Below, in pieces: positions 7,993 to 18,145 of a DNA stretch of 64,000 nt. The notes below the pieces were generated by a model. The model ran no database searches. It was not told the DNA's origin and saw only the letters and a list, made by a program, of their open reading frames with translations. The position numbers were made by a program, and so were the translations under genes. Position 1 is the stretch's first letter; each line of letters starts with the position of its first letter. Source of the stretch: Candidatus Latescibacterota bacterium (GTDB taxonomy: Bacteria > Latescibacterota > UBA2968); contig OZ242010.1 of NCBI GenBank assembly GCA_965204745.1, positions 608,001-672,000 on the forward strand, given 5' to 3'.

Positions 7993-9329
7993 AGCACCGC
8001 CCTCCACGCCTCGATCAAGCGGTCGAGATCCGCATCGGTCCGCTTTTCGGTGACACACGTCAAAATGCAGTTTTCCAACCCGGGGTAAAACCGCCCCAAA
8101 TCAATCCCCGCTGCAACGCCTTGCTGCCCCAACGCAGCGAGCACCTCCGATGCCTTGTGATCGGTCTCCAAAACAAACTCGTTAAATATGGCCCCAGAAA
8201 ACTTTTGGCGCACCCCGTCCAATGCGGTCAAGGCGTGCAACGCGCGGTGACTCTGGTGCCAGTTCAAGTCGCCCACCTCTCGAAACCCCTGCGGCCCGAG
8301 TGCTGCCAAATACACGGTGATCGCCGTCGCACACAGGGTTTGATTGGTGCAGATATTCGACGTGGCGCGCTCGCGCCGAATGTGTTGCTCCCGCGTTTGC
8401 AACGTCAGCACGAACCCGCGCTTGCCATCCACATCGGTCGTCTCGCCGCAAATCCGCCCGGGCATTTTGCGGACATGGGCCTCTCGCGACGCAAAAAACC
8501 CGACGTATGGCCCGCCATACGACAGGGGCAGGCCCAAGGGCTGTCCATCGCCCACGACCACATCCGCGCCAAAATCCCCCGGCGGGCGAATCGCGCTCAA
8601 CGACATGGGATTGACGCACGCCACAAAAGCCGTTTGCGTCTGATCGACCAAACTTCCGATCTCGTCCAAGGACTCGAGCACGCCAAAAAAATTGGGATTT
8701 TGCACGACCACGGCCGCGGTCTGCGCCGTCAACTCGCGCTTCAAAACCGCCAGATCCAGCGCCCCGGAATCGCACCACGGCACATCCACCAACTCCAGCC
8801 CAATCCCGCGCACATACGTGCCCACCACCTGCCGGTAAAACGGATGCAGGCTTTGGGGCAACAAAACGCGCGTGCCATCGTTCAGGCGCACCGCCATCAG
8901 CACGGCCTCGGCCAGCGCAGACGCGCCGTCGTACATTGACGCATTCGCGACCTCCATGCCGGTCAATTCGCAAATCGCGGTTTGAAATTCAAAAATAGCC
9001 CGAAGCGTCCCCTGGCTCACCTCGGGCTGATAGGGCGTGTACGCGGTAAAAAATTCGCCCCGAGAGATCATGGCATCGACCGCGCTCGGGGCAAAATGAT
9101 CGTAAGCGCCGCCGCCCAAAAACGACGCGGTCGCAGCGCGGTCATGCGCGTCATCGGCCAGCGATTGCACAAATGCCATCGCCTCCATTTCGCTGATCCC
9201 GGGCGGCAACGCGAGGGCTTTCAACCGCAGCGATGCGGGCACTGGGGCGAACAAATCGCCGACAGCCGAAACCCCGATCACCTCGAGCATGTGCTGCACA
9301 TCGCGTGCTGTATGCGGCGTGTAATTCAT
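7989..9329 (-). CDS. gcvPA: Glycine dehydrogenase subunit 1
   Basis: TAYTPYQPEVSQG, NASMYDGASA, REQHIRRERATSNICTNQ. Confidence 0.96.
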   Translation of the reverse strand: MNYTPHTARDVQHMLEVIGVSAVGDLFAPVPASLRLKALALPPGISEMEAMAFVQSLADDAHDRAATASFLGGGAYDHFAPSAVDAMISRGEFFTAYTPYQPEVSQGTLRAIFEFQTAICELTGMEVANASMYDGASALAEAVLMAVRLNDGTRVLLPQSLHPFYRQVVGTYVRGIGLELVDVPWCDSGALDLAVLKRELTAQTAAVVVQNPNFFGVLESLDEIGSLVDQTQTAFVACVNPMSLSAIRPPGDFGADVVVGDGQPLGLPLSYGGPYVGFFASREAHVRKMPGRICGETTDVDGKRGFVLTLQTREQHIRRERATSNICTNQTLCATAITVYLAALGPQGFREVGDLNWHQSHRALHALTALDGVRQKFSGAIFNEFVLETDHKASEVLAALGQQGVAAGIDLGRFYPGLENCILTCVTEKRTDADLDRLIEAWRAVL

Positions 9330-9928
9330 CGCTCCTCACTTTTAATTTTTTTCCAAACACCCACAGCACGCTGCCGACATGCGGCTAGGGTCGCGTCATT
9401 GACCACGACAAAATCCGCAACCGCCACCTTGTCTTTCTCCGGCAACTGCGCGGCTATGCGCGCTTTGACCTCGGTTTCTGAAATGCCCAACCGCGCCATC
9501 GTGCGCTCGATTCGCATCGGCTCGGGCGCTGTCACCACCACCAAAATGTCGATCCACGCCTTGGGATCGCCGCGCTCAAGTAGCAAAGCCGCATCCACCA
9601 CGACCGGGCGGTTGGGATCGCGGTCCAATGCGGCCTGAATTTTGTGCGACAACGCCTGCCGAAGCGGTTGCCACACCGCGGCATTGAGTTTTTCCCGGCC
9701 TTCATCCGAGGCAAATGCCAACTCGCCCACTGCGCGGCGTATCACCCGTCCGGCTGCATCCAAAATCTCCGGCCCGAACGCATCGACCAAATTGCGGATC
9801 ACAGCCGGGTCGCGCAGCACGTCATGCCCGACGGCATCGGCGTCTATCACATGCGCGCCGGCCTCTTCAAACACCGCGCAAACCGTGCTCTTGCCCGCGC
9901 CGATCCCCCCTGTGACGCCCACGATCAC
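9326..9928 (-). CDS. coaE: Dephospho-CoA kinase
   Basis: GVTGGIGAGKSTV, IDAD, RIAAQLP. GTG start overlaps the upstream stop. Confidence 0.93.
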   Translation of the reverse strand: MIVGVTGGIGAGKSTVCAVFEEAGAHVIDADAVGHDVLRDPAVIRNLVDAFGPEILDAAGRVIRRAVGELAFASDEGREKLNAAVWQPLRQALSHKIQAALDRDPNRPVVVDAALLLERGDPKAWIDILVVVTAPEPMRIERTMARLGISETEVKARIAAQLPEKDKVAVADFVVVNDATLAACRQRAVGVWKKIKSEER

Positions 9929-10857
9929 GGCTCGTCCTCCCGGCGATAAACGCGCAACATCATGGGCAACTCCTCGGCGGCCTCTTCGGCTTCCCAGCGG
10001 CGCAGGGTCGCGCGATTCCGCAGGCGCACACAGAAATAGGCCAGAAACAAGAGTAATGCGAGATACAACCAAAACAAATCGGGCGAAAAGAGCAGCGCCA
10101 TCGGGCCAAACCGCCCCTGCACATGCTCGCGCCATCGGTGTTCAAATTCGCGCGGCGTGATGCCCGTCACCCGAAACAAAGCCACCTCGAAGGGCGCGTC
10201 GGCCTGCAATTCCGCGAGCATGGCCACCACGGCATTTGGCCCGCCCAAGCGGATCAAAAACCCGACCGCCATCAAACTTTCCGTGTACGCCAAATCCGCT
10301 TTGGCAGACGGGAACGACAACACCTCGTCAATCTCGGACAGCGGGATCAATCCCCCGGCGAAAACCGCGTAAATCATCGCCGCGGTCTGTTGCAACCGCC
10401 ACTCGTGAGACGCCCACATCGCCACGCCCTCGTGAAACCACACGGGCACGCGCTTGGGCACGGTGGCGTGCAGCAACACATGGGCAAATTCGTGCCGCGC
10501 AACCTGGAGCAAATTGCCGACCCGCGCTTGCAAAACAATGGTGCGCGATTCGAGAAACGCAACCCCCGCGCTCCAATGCGGCAATCGCTCCTTTGTCAAG
10601 TCGTGAAAAACACCCTGCGAGGGCGCGAGATAAACCGCGATGGGAACAGCGGGCGCGCCCCCCAACTTGCGCTGAATCTCACTGCGCCCGATGAGGAGAT
10701 CGCCCAACAATGCCCGCGCCCGACCCGTATCTGCCTGCGCGAGATAAAGCGCGAGGCCATCGCGTTCAAACCGGTGCCACTGCGTCGCACGCGCTGTGGA
10801 AACCGCGAAAAGGATCGAAAACCACAGCCACAAAATTTGCATTGAACGGGCAGCCAT
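9925..10857 (-). CDS. Peptidase MA-like zinc metalloprotease, exported/membrane-anchored
   Basis: HEFAH (HExxH) plus PVWFHEGVA, signal peptide and C-terminal TM helix. Confidence 0.75.
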   Translation of the reverse strand: MAARSMQILWLWFSILFAVSTARATQWHRFERDGLALYLAQADTGRARALLGDLLIGRSEIQRKLGGAPAVPIAVYLAPSQGVFHDLTKERLPHWSAGVAFLESRTIVLQARVGNLLQVARHEFAHVLLHATVPKRVPVWFHEGVAMWASHEWRLQQTAAMIYAVFAGGLIPLSEIDEVLSFPSAKADLAYTESLMAVGFLIRLGGPNAVVAMLAELQADAPFEVALFRVTGITPREFEHRWREHVQGRFGPMALLFSPDLFWLYLALLLFLAYFCVRLRNRATLRRWEAEEAAEELPMMLRVYRREDEP

Positions 10858-10980
10858 GAGATTATCGCGCTCGGAGTTCCATCCGTTCTGCGAACCTACG
10901 AACCCACGAAGTGCGTCGGGTTTTGGGGTGGGGACTGACGATGCGAATTAAGCGTTGAATCCATTGCGTATTTGTTATGA

Positions 10981-11280
10981 GGACCTACCCCCCTAACCCC
11001 CCTTCCTGCGAGGAAGGGGGGAACAGTGAGCGGTTTTGCGAGGGGATTGATGAGGGATATTTAATCGCTTTATACCCTCGGTCAACGCCATCAGAGCAAC
11101 CAGAGCGAGAAGCCATCAAAGGGACTTTACTCCCCTTTCCTTTTAGGAAAGGGGCCGGGGGATAGGTCCCCTCGCGCAACGCCATCAGAGCAACCTAAGC
11201 CATCAAAGGACCAAACGCCTTAAATGAGCAAGAAGCAACACAGTTGCTACTCTGTGCGGCACAAAAAATGAAATGTCAAC
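10981..11280. repeat. Repeat family A, extended copy
   Basis: Reverse-complement match to 33588..33898 over ~300 bp. Confidence 0.88.
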
Positions 11281-11287
11281 ACAACCT

Positions 11288-11370
11288 ACTGACAACTGAC
11301 AACTGACAACTGACAACTGACAACTGACAACTGACAACTGACAACTGACAACTGACAACTGACAACTGAC
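11288..11370. repeat. Heptamer tandem repeat (ACTGACA) x ~12
   Basis: Perfect array abutting the hflC stop. Confidence 0.97.
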
Positions 11371-12230
11371 TACCGCGCACGCGCCTTGCCCAAGTACCTA
11401 AAAAAATCACTGCTCGGCGGCATCACAACCGTCGTGCCTTGGCCCAGGGTTTTTTCATACGCCTCGAGGGTGCGCCAAAATTCAAAGAACCGGGGATCTT
11501 GCTCGAACGCATCGGCGTAAATCCGCAATGCCTCGGCATCGCCCTCGCCGCGAATCAACTGGGATTTTTGCAGGGCTTCAGAGGTGAGAGTCGTCACTTC
11601 GAGATCGGTCTGGGCGCGGATTTTCGTGGCGATCTCTTCTCCCTCGGCGCGGTATTCCTTGGCCTGTCGCGTGCGTTCGGCGCGCATGCGCTCAAACACA
11701 TTGGCCTTGTTCTCGAGCGGCAAATCCGCGCGCTTGATCCGCACATCCACGATATCGATGCCCAGCGCGAGCGCGGCATCGCGGGACAGATCGGTCACCC
11801 TTTTCATAATTTCCTCGCGGCTCGTGGCGACGATCTCGGTCAGGGTGCGTTGCCCGAGTTCCTCTCGAACCGCGGAAAAAATAATGTCATCCAAGCGCGA
11901 TTGCGCGTACGAAACATTTTGCACAGACACCAAAAACTTGAGGGGATCCGCGATGCGCCACCGCGCGAAATTATCCACGATCAGGTTTTTCTTGTCCTGG
12001 GTGTAAATCTGCCGAGGATCGGCATCGCTGTACAACAGGCGATCTTCAAAGGTGTGCAACTGCTGAATAAACGGAATTTTGAAATTCAAACCGGGGGTCT
12101 GCACCGTGCGGATCGGCTGGCCAAATTCCGTGACCACGACCTGCTCGCGTTCATCCACGATATAACACGACGCTTGCACCAAAATAATCGCCGCGATCAA
12201 AACGACCACCACAGTCACCAAGTTTCGCAT
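11370..12230 (-). CDS. hflC: FtsH protease modulator HflC
   Basis: SPFH domain, DKKNLIVDNFARWRIADP, RMRAER, downstream of hflK. Confidence 0.93.
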   Translation of the reverse strand: MRNLVTVVVVLIAAIILVQASCYIVDEREQVVVTEFGQPIRTVQTPGLNFKIPFIQQLHTFEDRLLYSDADPRQIYTQDKKNLIVDNFARWRIADPLKFLVSVQNVSYAQSRLDDIIFSAVREELGQRTLTEIVATSREEIMKRVTDLSRDAALALGIDIVDVRIKRADLPLENKANVFERMRAERTRQAKEYRAEGEEIATKIRAQTDLEVTTLTSEALQKSQLIRGEGDAEALRIYADAFEQDPRFFEFWRTLEAYEKTLGQGTTVVMPPSSDFFRYLGKARAR

Positions 12231-12231
12231 C

Positions 12232-13206
12232 TCATTTCCCTCCTGCAACTGGCTTTTGCAAATTGAGCACATTCAAAATCCCGCCCTTGCCATCGGACTC
12301 CACGACGAATTTTTGCATGCCGGGCAGAATTTTTTCCATCGTTTCGAGATAGAGGCGCGTTTCCGTCACGTCTTTTGCCTTGCGGTATTCCCTGAGCACC
12401 TCCACGAACCGGTCCGCATCGCCCTGTGACCGCTTGATCCGCTCGACCTTATAGGCTTCGGCTTCTCGGATCATCTTTTCGGCCTCGCCGCGCGTTTTGG
12501 GGATGATGTCATTGCGATACGCCTCTGCCTCGTTTTGATGGCGGATGCGGTCTTCTCGCGCGCTGGCAACATCCTTGAAAGCGTGATCGACTTCTTGGGG
12601 CACAGACACGGTTTGCAACTTGGCCTGATCCACGCGGACGCCGAGTTTGTAGAGATCGAGCACTTCTTGCACCTGCTGCTGAATCTCCTCCTGGATTTCC
12701 AACTTGCCCTCTGTCAATGCCTCGTCGATGGTGTGCTGCCCAATCACCTGACGCAATGCGGCCTCGGTGACGTCTTTGATGGCTTTTCGCTGATCATTGA
12801 CTTGAAACAAATAATTCTTCATATCCCGGATGCGATACTGCACGATCAGTTCCACATCCACGATGTTCTCGTCGCCGGTCAACATCATCGACTCGGCCGT
12901 CACCTTTTGATACCTCGGCGTGGGCGTCACGCTGATGGTGCGAAAACCCACCTCCAGCCGCTTCACCTCAGACACGCGCTCTTTCTCGATGCGTTCGATA
13001 GGCGCGGGCCAATGGTAGTGAAGCCCGGGATCGGCCACGGACACGGCCTTGCCAAACCGAAACACCACCGCCTGCTCGTCCTGTCGCACCGTGTAGATGC
13101 CGCTGCCCAACCAGAGCAACGCGATCACAACTAACCCGTAGTAGATCATCTTGGGGTTGAATTGCAAATCGAAATTCGGACGATTTGGAAATTGATACTC
13201 TTGCAT
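12232..13206 (-). CDS. hflK: FtsH protease modulator HflK
   Basis: PGLHYHWPAPIE, MLTGDENIVDV, VTETRLYLETME. Confidence 0.93.
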   Translation of the reverse strand: MQEYQFPNRPNFDLQFNPKMIYYGLVVIALLWLGSGIYTVRQDEQAVVFRFGKAVSVADPGLHYHWPAPIERIEKERVSEVKRLEVGFRTISVTPTPRYQKVTAESMMLTGDENIVDVELIVQYRIRDMKNYLFQVNDQRKAIKDVTEAALRQVIGQHTIDEALTEGKLEIQEEIQQQVQEVLDLYKLGVRVDQAKLQTVSVPQEVDHAFKDVASAREDRIRHQNEAEAYRNDIIPKTRGEAEKMIREAEAYKVERIKRSQGDADRFVEVLREYRKAKDVTETRLYLETMEKILPGMQKFVVESDGKGGILNVLNLQKPVAGGK

Positions 13207-13238
13207 CAGATCCTCCTTTCGGGATCGGAAAACGCCGT

Positions 13239-14204
13239 TTAACACGGCAACGCGACCTGATGGGTCAGGTCTTCGGGGGTTAAAAATTGACCGATTTGCC
13301 CAATGCCTTCAATCCCGCGCAAACACACATTGATTCCGGCCACGCGGTTGGCAAAGCGACTGGCAACCGCGCGATCACCGGTTTGCAAAAACGCCCAGGT
13401 ATAGCCCATCAAAAACGTATCGCCACACCCGGTCTCATCGCGAGGTTCGCCGATGGGCATAGCATCGAACCGGTGGATTGCGACCCCTGCGCGGTCGTCT
13501 TGGACGATCATCTCTGACCCTCGGTGCCTGCGCGTGATGATCAACGCCGAAGGCCCTGCGGACAACACGCGGCTGGCAAACCGGCATGTCGCGCCCTCGC
13601 CATCCAACATCTCGCCGGCGAGCAACGCGCCTTCCTGCTCGTTCATCTGCACCACATCCACGCACCCGACCCACGCTTTCCACCGCGGGGGCACGCGCCA
13701 GAACCGGCGGCGGTTGTCGTCTATGCCCAAGGTCAAGCTGTGGACATCCATCAACAACAGGCCCGCGGCAGAGCCACGCACGCCTTGCGCGGTTGCGAGC
13801 GCGAGTTCCATCCCGGTGATAAAATTGAAGCACATCGCGTCGCAGCCCAAAAACGGTTCGATTTGCGAAAGGGACAGTTGCGGGACATCGTAGCGCAGGG
13901 TTTCGCGCTTGCGGCCTTCTGCGTCGTAATCCAAAAAGCAATGGGGATTTTTCCCCGGCACAAACCGAATGCCGTCCAATTTGACCTGGGGATACGGCGC
14001 GAGCTTTTCGCGCACCACATCCTCCATATCGCGCCCCACATTGCAGATCGGATAAATCGCCGCGCGATCAGACGCGATCTCGGCCAAGGCCAGGATGCTG
14101 TACAACAACCCGCCGTAGCTCTTGGTCGTCACGCCATCGGCGGTGTGTATCGTATCGCGGTTAATCGTGCCCAACAACGCGATGCGTGGCCCATGATCCA
14201 ACAT
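13239..14204 (-). CDS. PfkB/ribokinase-family carbohydrate kinase
   Basis: DETGCGDTF C-terminal PfkB signature, YGG and MNEQE motifs. Confidence 0.8.
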   Translation of the reverse strand: MLDHGPRIALLGTINRDTIHTADGVTTKSYGGLLYSILALAEIASDRAAIYPICNVGRDMEDVVREKLAPYPQVKLDGIRFVPGKNPHCFLDYDAEGRKRETLRYDVPQLSLSQIEPFLGCDAMCFNFITGMELALATAQGVRGSAAGLLLMDVHSLTLGIDDNRRRFWRVPPRWKAWVGCVDVVQMNEQEGALLAGEMLDGEGATCRFASRVLSAGPSALIITRRHRGSEMIVQDDRAGVAIHRFDAMPIGEPRDETGCGDTFLMGYTWAFLQTGDRAVASRFANRVAGINVCLRGIEGIGQIGQFLTPEDLTHQVALPC

Positions 14205-14250
14205 CCGTCAGGTTCCGGGAATCGGGTAAAAATGAACGCAGGTGAAAAGC

Positions 14251-14279
14251 AATCTACGACAATCAAACAGGAGTGTCAA
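14251..14279 (-). promoter_or_regulatory. Putative sigma70 promoter for pfkB-hflKC
   Basis: TTGACA-17 nt-TAGATT. Confidence 0.55.
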
Positions 14280-14302
14280 GCGGTCAGTCCGCAACCCCAC
14301 CG

Positions 14303-14410
14303 TGTCTGAATCGCGGATTAAACGGATTACGCAGATTACGCGGATTACCCCACATCCCCACCACCGCTTCATCGTTCCCACTCCGCTATGTCCTTCGCAT
14401 CCCCCGCCGC
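14303..14410 (+). repeat. Repeat family B copy 2
   Basis: Similar to 2700..2808. Confidence 0.85.
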
Positions 14411-14414
14411 TATA

Positions 14415-14644
14415 GACCTATCCCCCCGGCCCCCTTTCCTACAAGGAAAGGGGGAGCGCATGGCTTTTTGAAGGTTTGTCTCCCTGGCTGTTTTGATAGC
14501 TTTGAGCGAATAGATCACGCCATAGAAACCCAAAAACCTCTCGCGTAAATCTCTCGCAAACCCTCTCGCCATTCCCCCTTCCTCGCAGGCACAGGCGTAG
14601 CCTACAACGAGCGAAACGAGTAACGGGGCCTAGGGGGGTAGGTC
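14415..14644. repeat. Repeat family A copy
   Basis: Same arms as 2941..3170, in the opposite orientation. Confidence 0.85.
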
Positions 14645-14691
14645 TCTAGGACGCGGGATACGGACGACCTAAAATCAAATTGGTAGAAAAC

Positions 14692-14730
14692 AAAAACGGC
14701 GATGGACATGAGATCCACCGCCGTTTTTTT
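14692..14730. terminator. Intrinsic terminator (bidirectional-type) after PorV-family gene
   Basis: AAAAACGGCGATGGA..TCCACCGCCGTTTTTTT hairpin with A/T tails. Confidence 0.7.
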
Positions 14731-14748
14731 GTGTGATGGGGGTGAGGG

Positions 14749-15864
14749 TTAGAAACTGACCGCCGCGCTCACCATCTGCACGGAATTGAAGAAGGACGCA
14801 TTGAAGTGCTTGAATGCGTAGTCGATGCGAACGCCTTTTCCGGACTCGGTCTTGTAATGGATGCCTCCGCCGAAGGAATAGTCTTCGGTATCGTGGTTGT
14901 ACTTGTAACCGCCGCGCAGGGCAAACCCCATCGCAGAGGTCGCTGGCTCGAACCGGTATTCCATCCCCAAAAGCGTGCGCTCGTCAAAGTCGATGGGGCT
15001 GTCGATCTCGGTGACGAGTTCGAGGTGATGCGGCGCCGGGGTTCGGCCATACAGGGAAATCAGATCGAACACAAAGCCCAAGCGGAAGGACCGGGGCAAC
15101 TCGAACCGCTCGCGTTGAAACTCCTTTTCCTGACTGAAGTTTCGCACGCTCATCGCTATCGCCAAATTCCGAAAGCCCGTGTTGAAATACGTGCCGATAT
15201 CCACGGCAAACGCATTGAGATCATTTGACCGGGTCTGTTGCGACCCCGCGACAAAAACCGTGCTTTGCCCCAGGTTTTGATGGGCAAACCGCGCCATCGC
15301 GCCCACCGAGAATCGGTCCGTAATCTGAAAACCCCAGCCCGCGGACAAGGCGTAATTCGTCGTGGTGAACGCGCCCGTCTCGGTGTACCCCGCGCTGGCC
15401 GGATCGCTGTTGATCGCCGTGCCATTGATCTCGCCCGCGTCGTGCGTGATAAAGCCCACGCCAAACGTGCCGGGCGCGTTTGGGATTTTGAACACCGCGC
15501 CCGCGACTTGGTGGTTGGTCTCGGCGATCCATCGGGCATGGGTGAAAAACGCCTGCCGCTGGTGGACGAACCCGAGCAAGCCCGGGTTGAGGAACAAGGC
15601 GCCGGGCGCGTCTCCGATCAGCCCTGCGCCCGCGTCTGCCATCGCGCCGCGTCGCGCATCTGTGGAAAATGCGAGAAACACAAAGCCGCTCTGCCCGGCC
15701 TTCACGCCCGAGGGGCGGACTTCTTCCTGATTGGGATAAAGGGGCTCCAGATCGCGGATTTTTTCACCGCCGAGGACGCGCGGGTCCTCAAATTGCGCGC
15801 TGGCCTGCGTGCCCATCAGGGCGAATGCCAGCAGGCATGCCCAGATCATTTTGCGTGTTGTCAC
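14749..15864 (-). CDS. PorV/PorQ-family outer-membrane beta-barrel protein
   Basis: Signal peptide, FL..STDARRGAMADA, ALFLNPGLL, DIGTYF, amphipathic strands, terminal Phe. Confidence 0.78.
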   Translation of the reverse strand: MTTRKMIWACLLAFALMGTQASAQFEDPRVLGGEKIRDLEPLYPNQEEVRPSGVKAGQSGFVFLAFSTDARRGAMADAGAGLIGDAPGALFLNPGLLGFVHQRQAFFTHARWIAETNHQVAGAVFKIPNAPGTFGVGFITHDAGEINGTAINSDPASAGYTETGAFTTTNYALSAGWGFQITDRFSVGAMARFAHQNLGQSTVFVAGSQQTRSNDLNAFAVDIGTYFNTGFRNLAIAMSVRNFSQEKEFQRERFELPRSFRLGFVFDLISLYGRTPAPHHLELVTEIDSPIDFDERTLLGMEYRFEPATSAMGFALRGGYKYNHDTEDYSFGGGIHYKTESGKGVRIDYAFKHFNASFFNSVQMVSAAVSF

Positions 15865-15890
15865 AACTGCCTCCTTGTCTGGTTGCGAGC

Positions 15891-18107
15891 CTATCGAATC
15901 ACCACGAACTTCTCGATGTCGGTTTCGCCCGTGTCTGGGTTGGTAATGTGCGCCACGTACACGCCGCTGACGATGAACTGGTTGTTGTCATTCGCCATCA
16001 GGGGCCACTCCTCGTCGCCGGATCCGGAAACGTGGTCGAGCCGGGTGACCAAGTCCCCTTGAAGCGTAAAGATGCGGATGATCGCCCGCGCGGGCAGGTT
16101 CACGAAGAGCAACTTGTTGGGTTGCCCGGTGAAGTTCAACCCGCCCGAGGACAAATCCCCGCCCAAAATGCTGTACGGATTGGGCACGACGCGCACCCGC
16201 TTCAGATCATTGACCGGGGCGGAAAACGGACTCACGCCGTCACCCAAGCCGCGCGTGGCAAAAATGCTACTCTCTTGCCCGGCGGCATTCACCGCAGTCA
16301 CCGCGTAAAAATACCGCTCGCCGCGGACGACGTCCGTGTCGGTAAAGCTGGTTTGCGAGATGAGCGTCGTGCCGTTGACCGGAATCGGCGGGTCGGGCAG
16401 GTTGGTTTCATGCCCGATCATTTTGTACAGATTGTACCCCGCCGCGTCGGGAACGCCTGCCCATTCGATCTCGTTTTGCGCCGGGCCCGATCGGTAAGTC
16501 ACGTTGGAAGGCCACGACGGCCCGAGTGGCAAACTGGGCGACACCCCGATAGGCCACGAGACTTCCTTCCCCTGCACCGTGCCGCTGACCACGCGGCGAT
16601 TCTCCCAAGCCGTGCGTGCGAGTGCCACGCCCTTCATCAGGGAATCGCGCCCGCTGTTGAGAAACGCCTCTTTTTCCTCAAAGGAAATCGAATCATTGAC
16701 CCACTGCGCGCCAACGCGCTTGTTCTCGTCTGCATGCGGGCCGGCCACGACCCACGCTTCTACGATGTGAACCCACTGCCCGGGTTGCAAGTCCCACGGT
16801 CCCCACGTAATCTGAAACGCCCACATATTCACGGAGGTCGGCTTGAGGTCGAGCGCGTCACTTTGGAAAATGCGTTGCTCGCGCGTCGTGCCCGGCGCCA
16901 CGATGAAATCGTACACCTCGGGGCGGCTGTTGCCGTCTGAAGACACCCAGTTGGAGCCATCCACGCGCTTGATCAACCGGGGTTGCGCGGTTTCAACGGC
17001 CTCGTCGAGAAACCAGTTGTTGGAATCGGACAAATCCTCGAAGGTCGTGGGAGTTTGCGACACGTAGAGCCACACCTTGCCCTTGTATTCGGACTCTAAA
17101 AATTCGCCCGCCGAGACCCGTGCGGCCTTGGCCAGCTCGAGGGCGTCATGGCCTTCGGGAGGCGCGGGTTCGCCCCGGTCATCGCCATCGGCGCGGTACC
17201 CGTCTTTGATCGCCGAATCGCCATCTCGCGCGTACAGGAGCTTTTCCTCGTCGTCAAAAAAATAGAGCTCGTCCCATTCGCCCAAGGCGCCGAGATTGGC
17301 CGTGCGGTGGCGCGAGCCGATTTCTACCGCGCCCTCATCGCGCACTTCGCCGGCCGGCCCTTGCCCGCCGCCGCGTTGCCAATAGACATTTTGCCCGATG
17401 TACAGGTCGTCAAATACCGGATTGGCCGTGCTCGATTCCGGGCTTGGCGCAGACCCGCGCGCGCCGACTCGCGAATCCGGCACATTGGGCGGTTCGGGCC
17501 GGCCATAGCTTCGGATCAAAATGAACATTTCATCTTGCTCGGGGCTTTGCCACGCATAGAGCCTGCGCCGCTCGGTCAGCCCGCCAGCGTAGGAGACCTC
17601 GAGGGGGATCAGCAGGTCAGCGGTCAAATCCGCCACCACCTGATCGTTGCGGTCCGCAAAAATCGTCCACAGTGCCTGCGACAAGGTCACGCCATCCTGC
17701 GTCACGGTCGGCGGTTGGTTGCGGTAGATTTTGGGCGTGATGCCGTCGCTGAGTTCAAAATGCGTGCGCGTAAAATCCCGCGCATCCTGCTTGTAGTCGT
17801 TGACAAATTTCGTGAATTGCACGCCGAGCAATTCGGGTTGGTCCCCCTGGAACGGTTCAAAATAGGAGGGCACATTGAAATTTTCGACAGCGAATTGCCA
17901 CCACCCGTCCATCACTTGGGCATTGACCGTACGCACGTCCGGATTTGTGAAGCCCGTTGCGCGCCCGCCCGGGGAGTTGATGGTGACAAAGTAGTCGATA
18001 TTGGGCCACGAGCCCCACATCCTCCCGATCCATTGCGCGGCCGCATCGCCCATTGGGATGAGCAGCGCCGCGCACACCAAAAGTATTGCGATTCGTCTTT
18101 GGGTCAT
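15891..18107 (-). CDS. Secreted protein with Fn3-like domain and T9SS/FlgD-like C-terminal sorting domain
   Basis: Signal peptide, GYNLY...YFYAVTAVN (Fn3-like), VRVVPNPY...SGVYVAHI..KFVVIR tail. RBS GGAGG before ATG 18107. Confidence 0.72.
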   Translation of the reverse strand: MTQRRIAILLVCAALLIPMGDAAAQWIGRMWGSWPNIDYFVTINSPGGRATGFTNPDVRTVNAQVMDGWWQFAVENFNVPSYFEPFQGDQPELLGVQFTKFVNDYKQDARDFTRTHFELSDGITPKIYRNQPPTVTQDGVTLSQALWTIFADRNDQVVADLTADLLIPLEVSYAGGLTERRRLYAWQSPEQDEMFILIRSYGRPEPPNVPDSRVGARGSAPSPESSTANPVFDDLYIGQNVYWQRGGGQGPAGEVRDEGAVEIGSRHRTANLGALGEWDELYFFDDEEKLLYARDGDSAIKDGYRADGDDRGEPAPPEGHDALELAKAARVSAGEFLESEYKGKVWLYVSQTPTTFEDLSDSNNWFLDEAVETAQPRLIKRVDGSNWVSSDGNSRPEVYDFIVAPGTTREQRIFQSDALDLKPTSVNMWAFQITWGPWDLQPGQWVHIVEAWVVAGPHADENKRVGAQWVNDSISFEEKEAFLNSGRDSLMKGVALARTAWENRRVVSGTVQGKEVSWPIGVSPSLPLGPSWPSNVTYRSGPAQNEIEWAGVPDAAGYNLYKMIGHETNLPDPPIPVNGTTLISQTSFTDTDVVRGERYFYAVTAVNAAGQESSIFATRGLGDGVSPFSAPVNDLKRVRVVPNPYSILGGDLSSGGLNFTGQPNKLLFVNLPARAIIRIFTLQGDLVTRLDHVSGSGDEEWPLMANDNNQFIVSGVYVAHITNPDTGETDIEKFVVIR

Positions 18108-18145
18108 ATTTCCTCCTGTGTGAAAAGTAGCGGTCAGCCATCTTA

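Noticed and set aside
10860-10980. Glycine riboswitch upstream of the gcvP-containing operon; cobalamin riboswitch upstream of the TBDR
   Set aside because: No recognisable consensus elements by eye; an Infernal/Rfam scan would be needed.
10977-11185. Small ORFs such as MALREGTYPPAPF (also 33693..33893, 14273..14572)
   Set aside because: Translations of repeat family A, not supported as genes.
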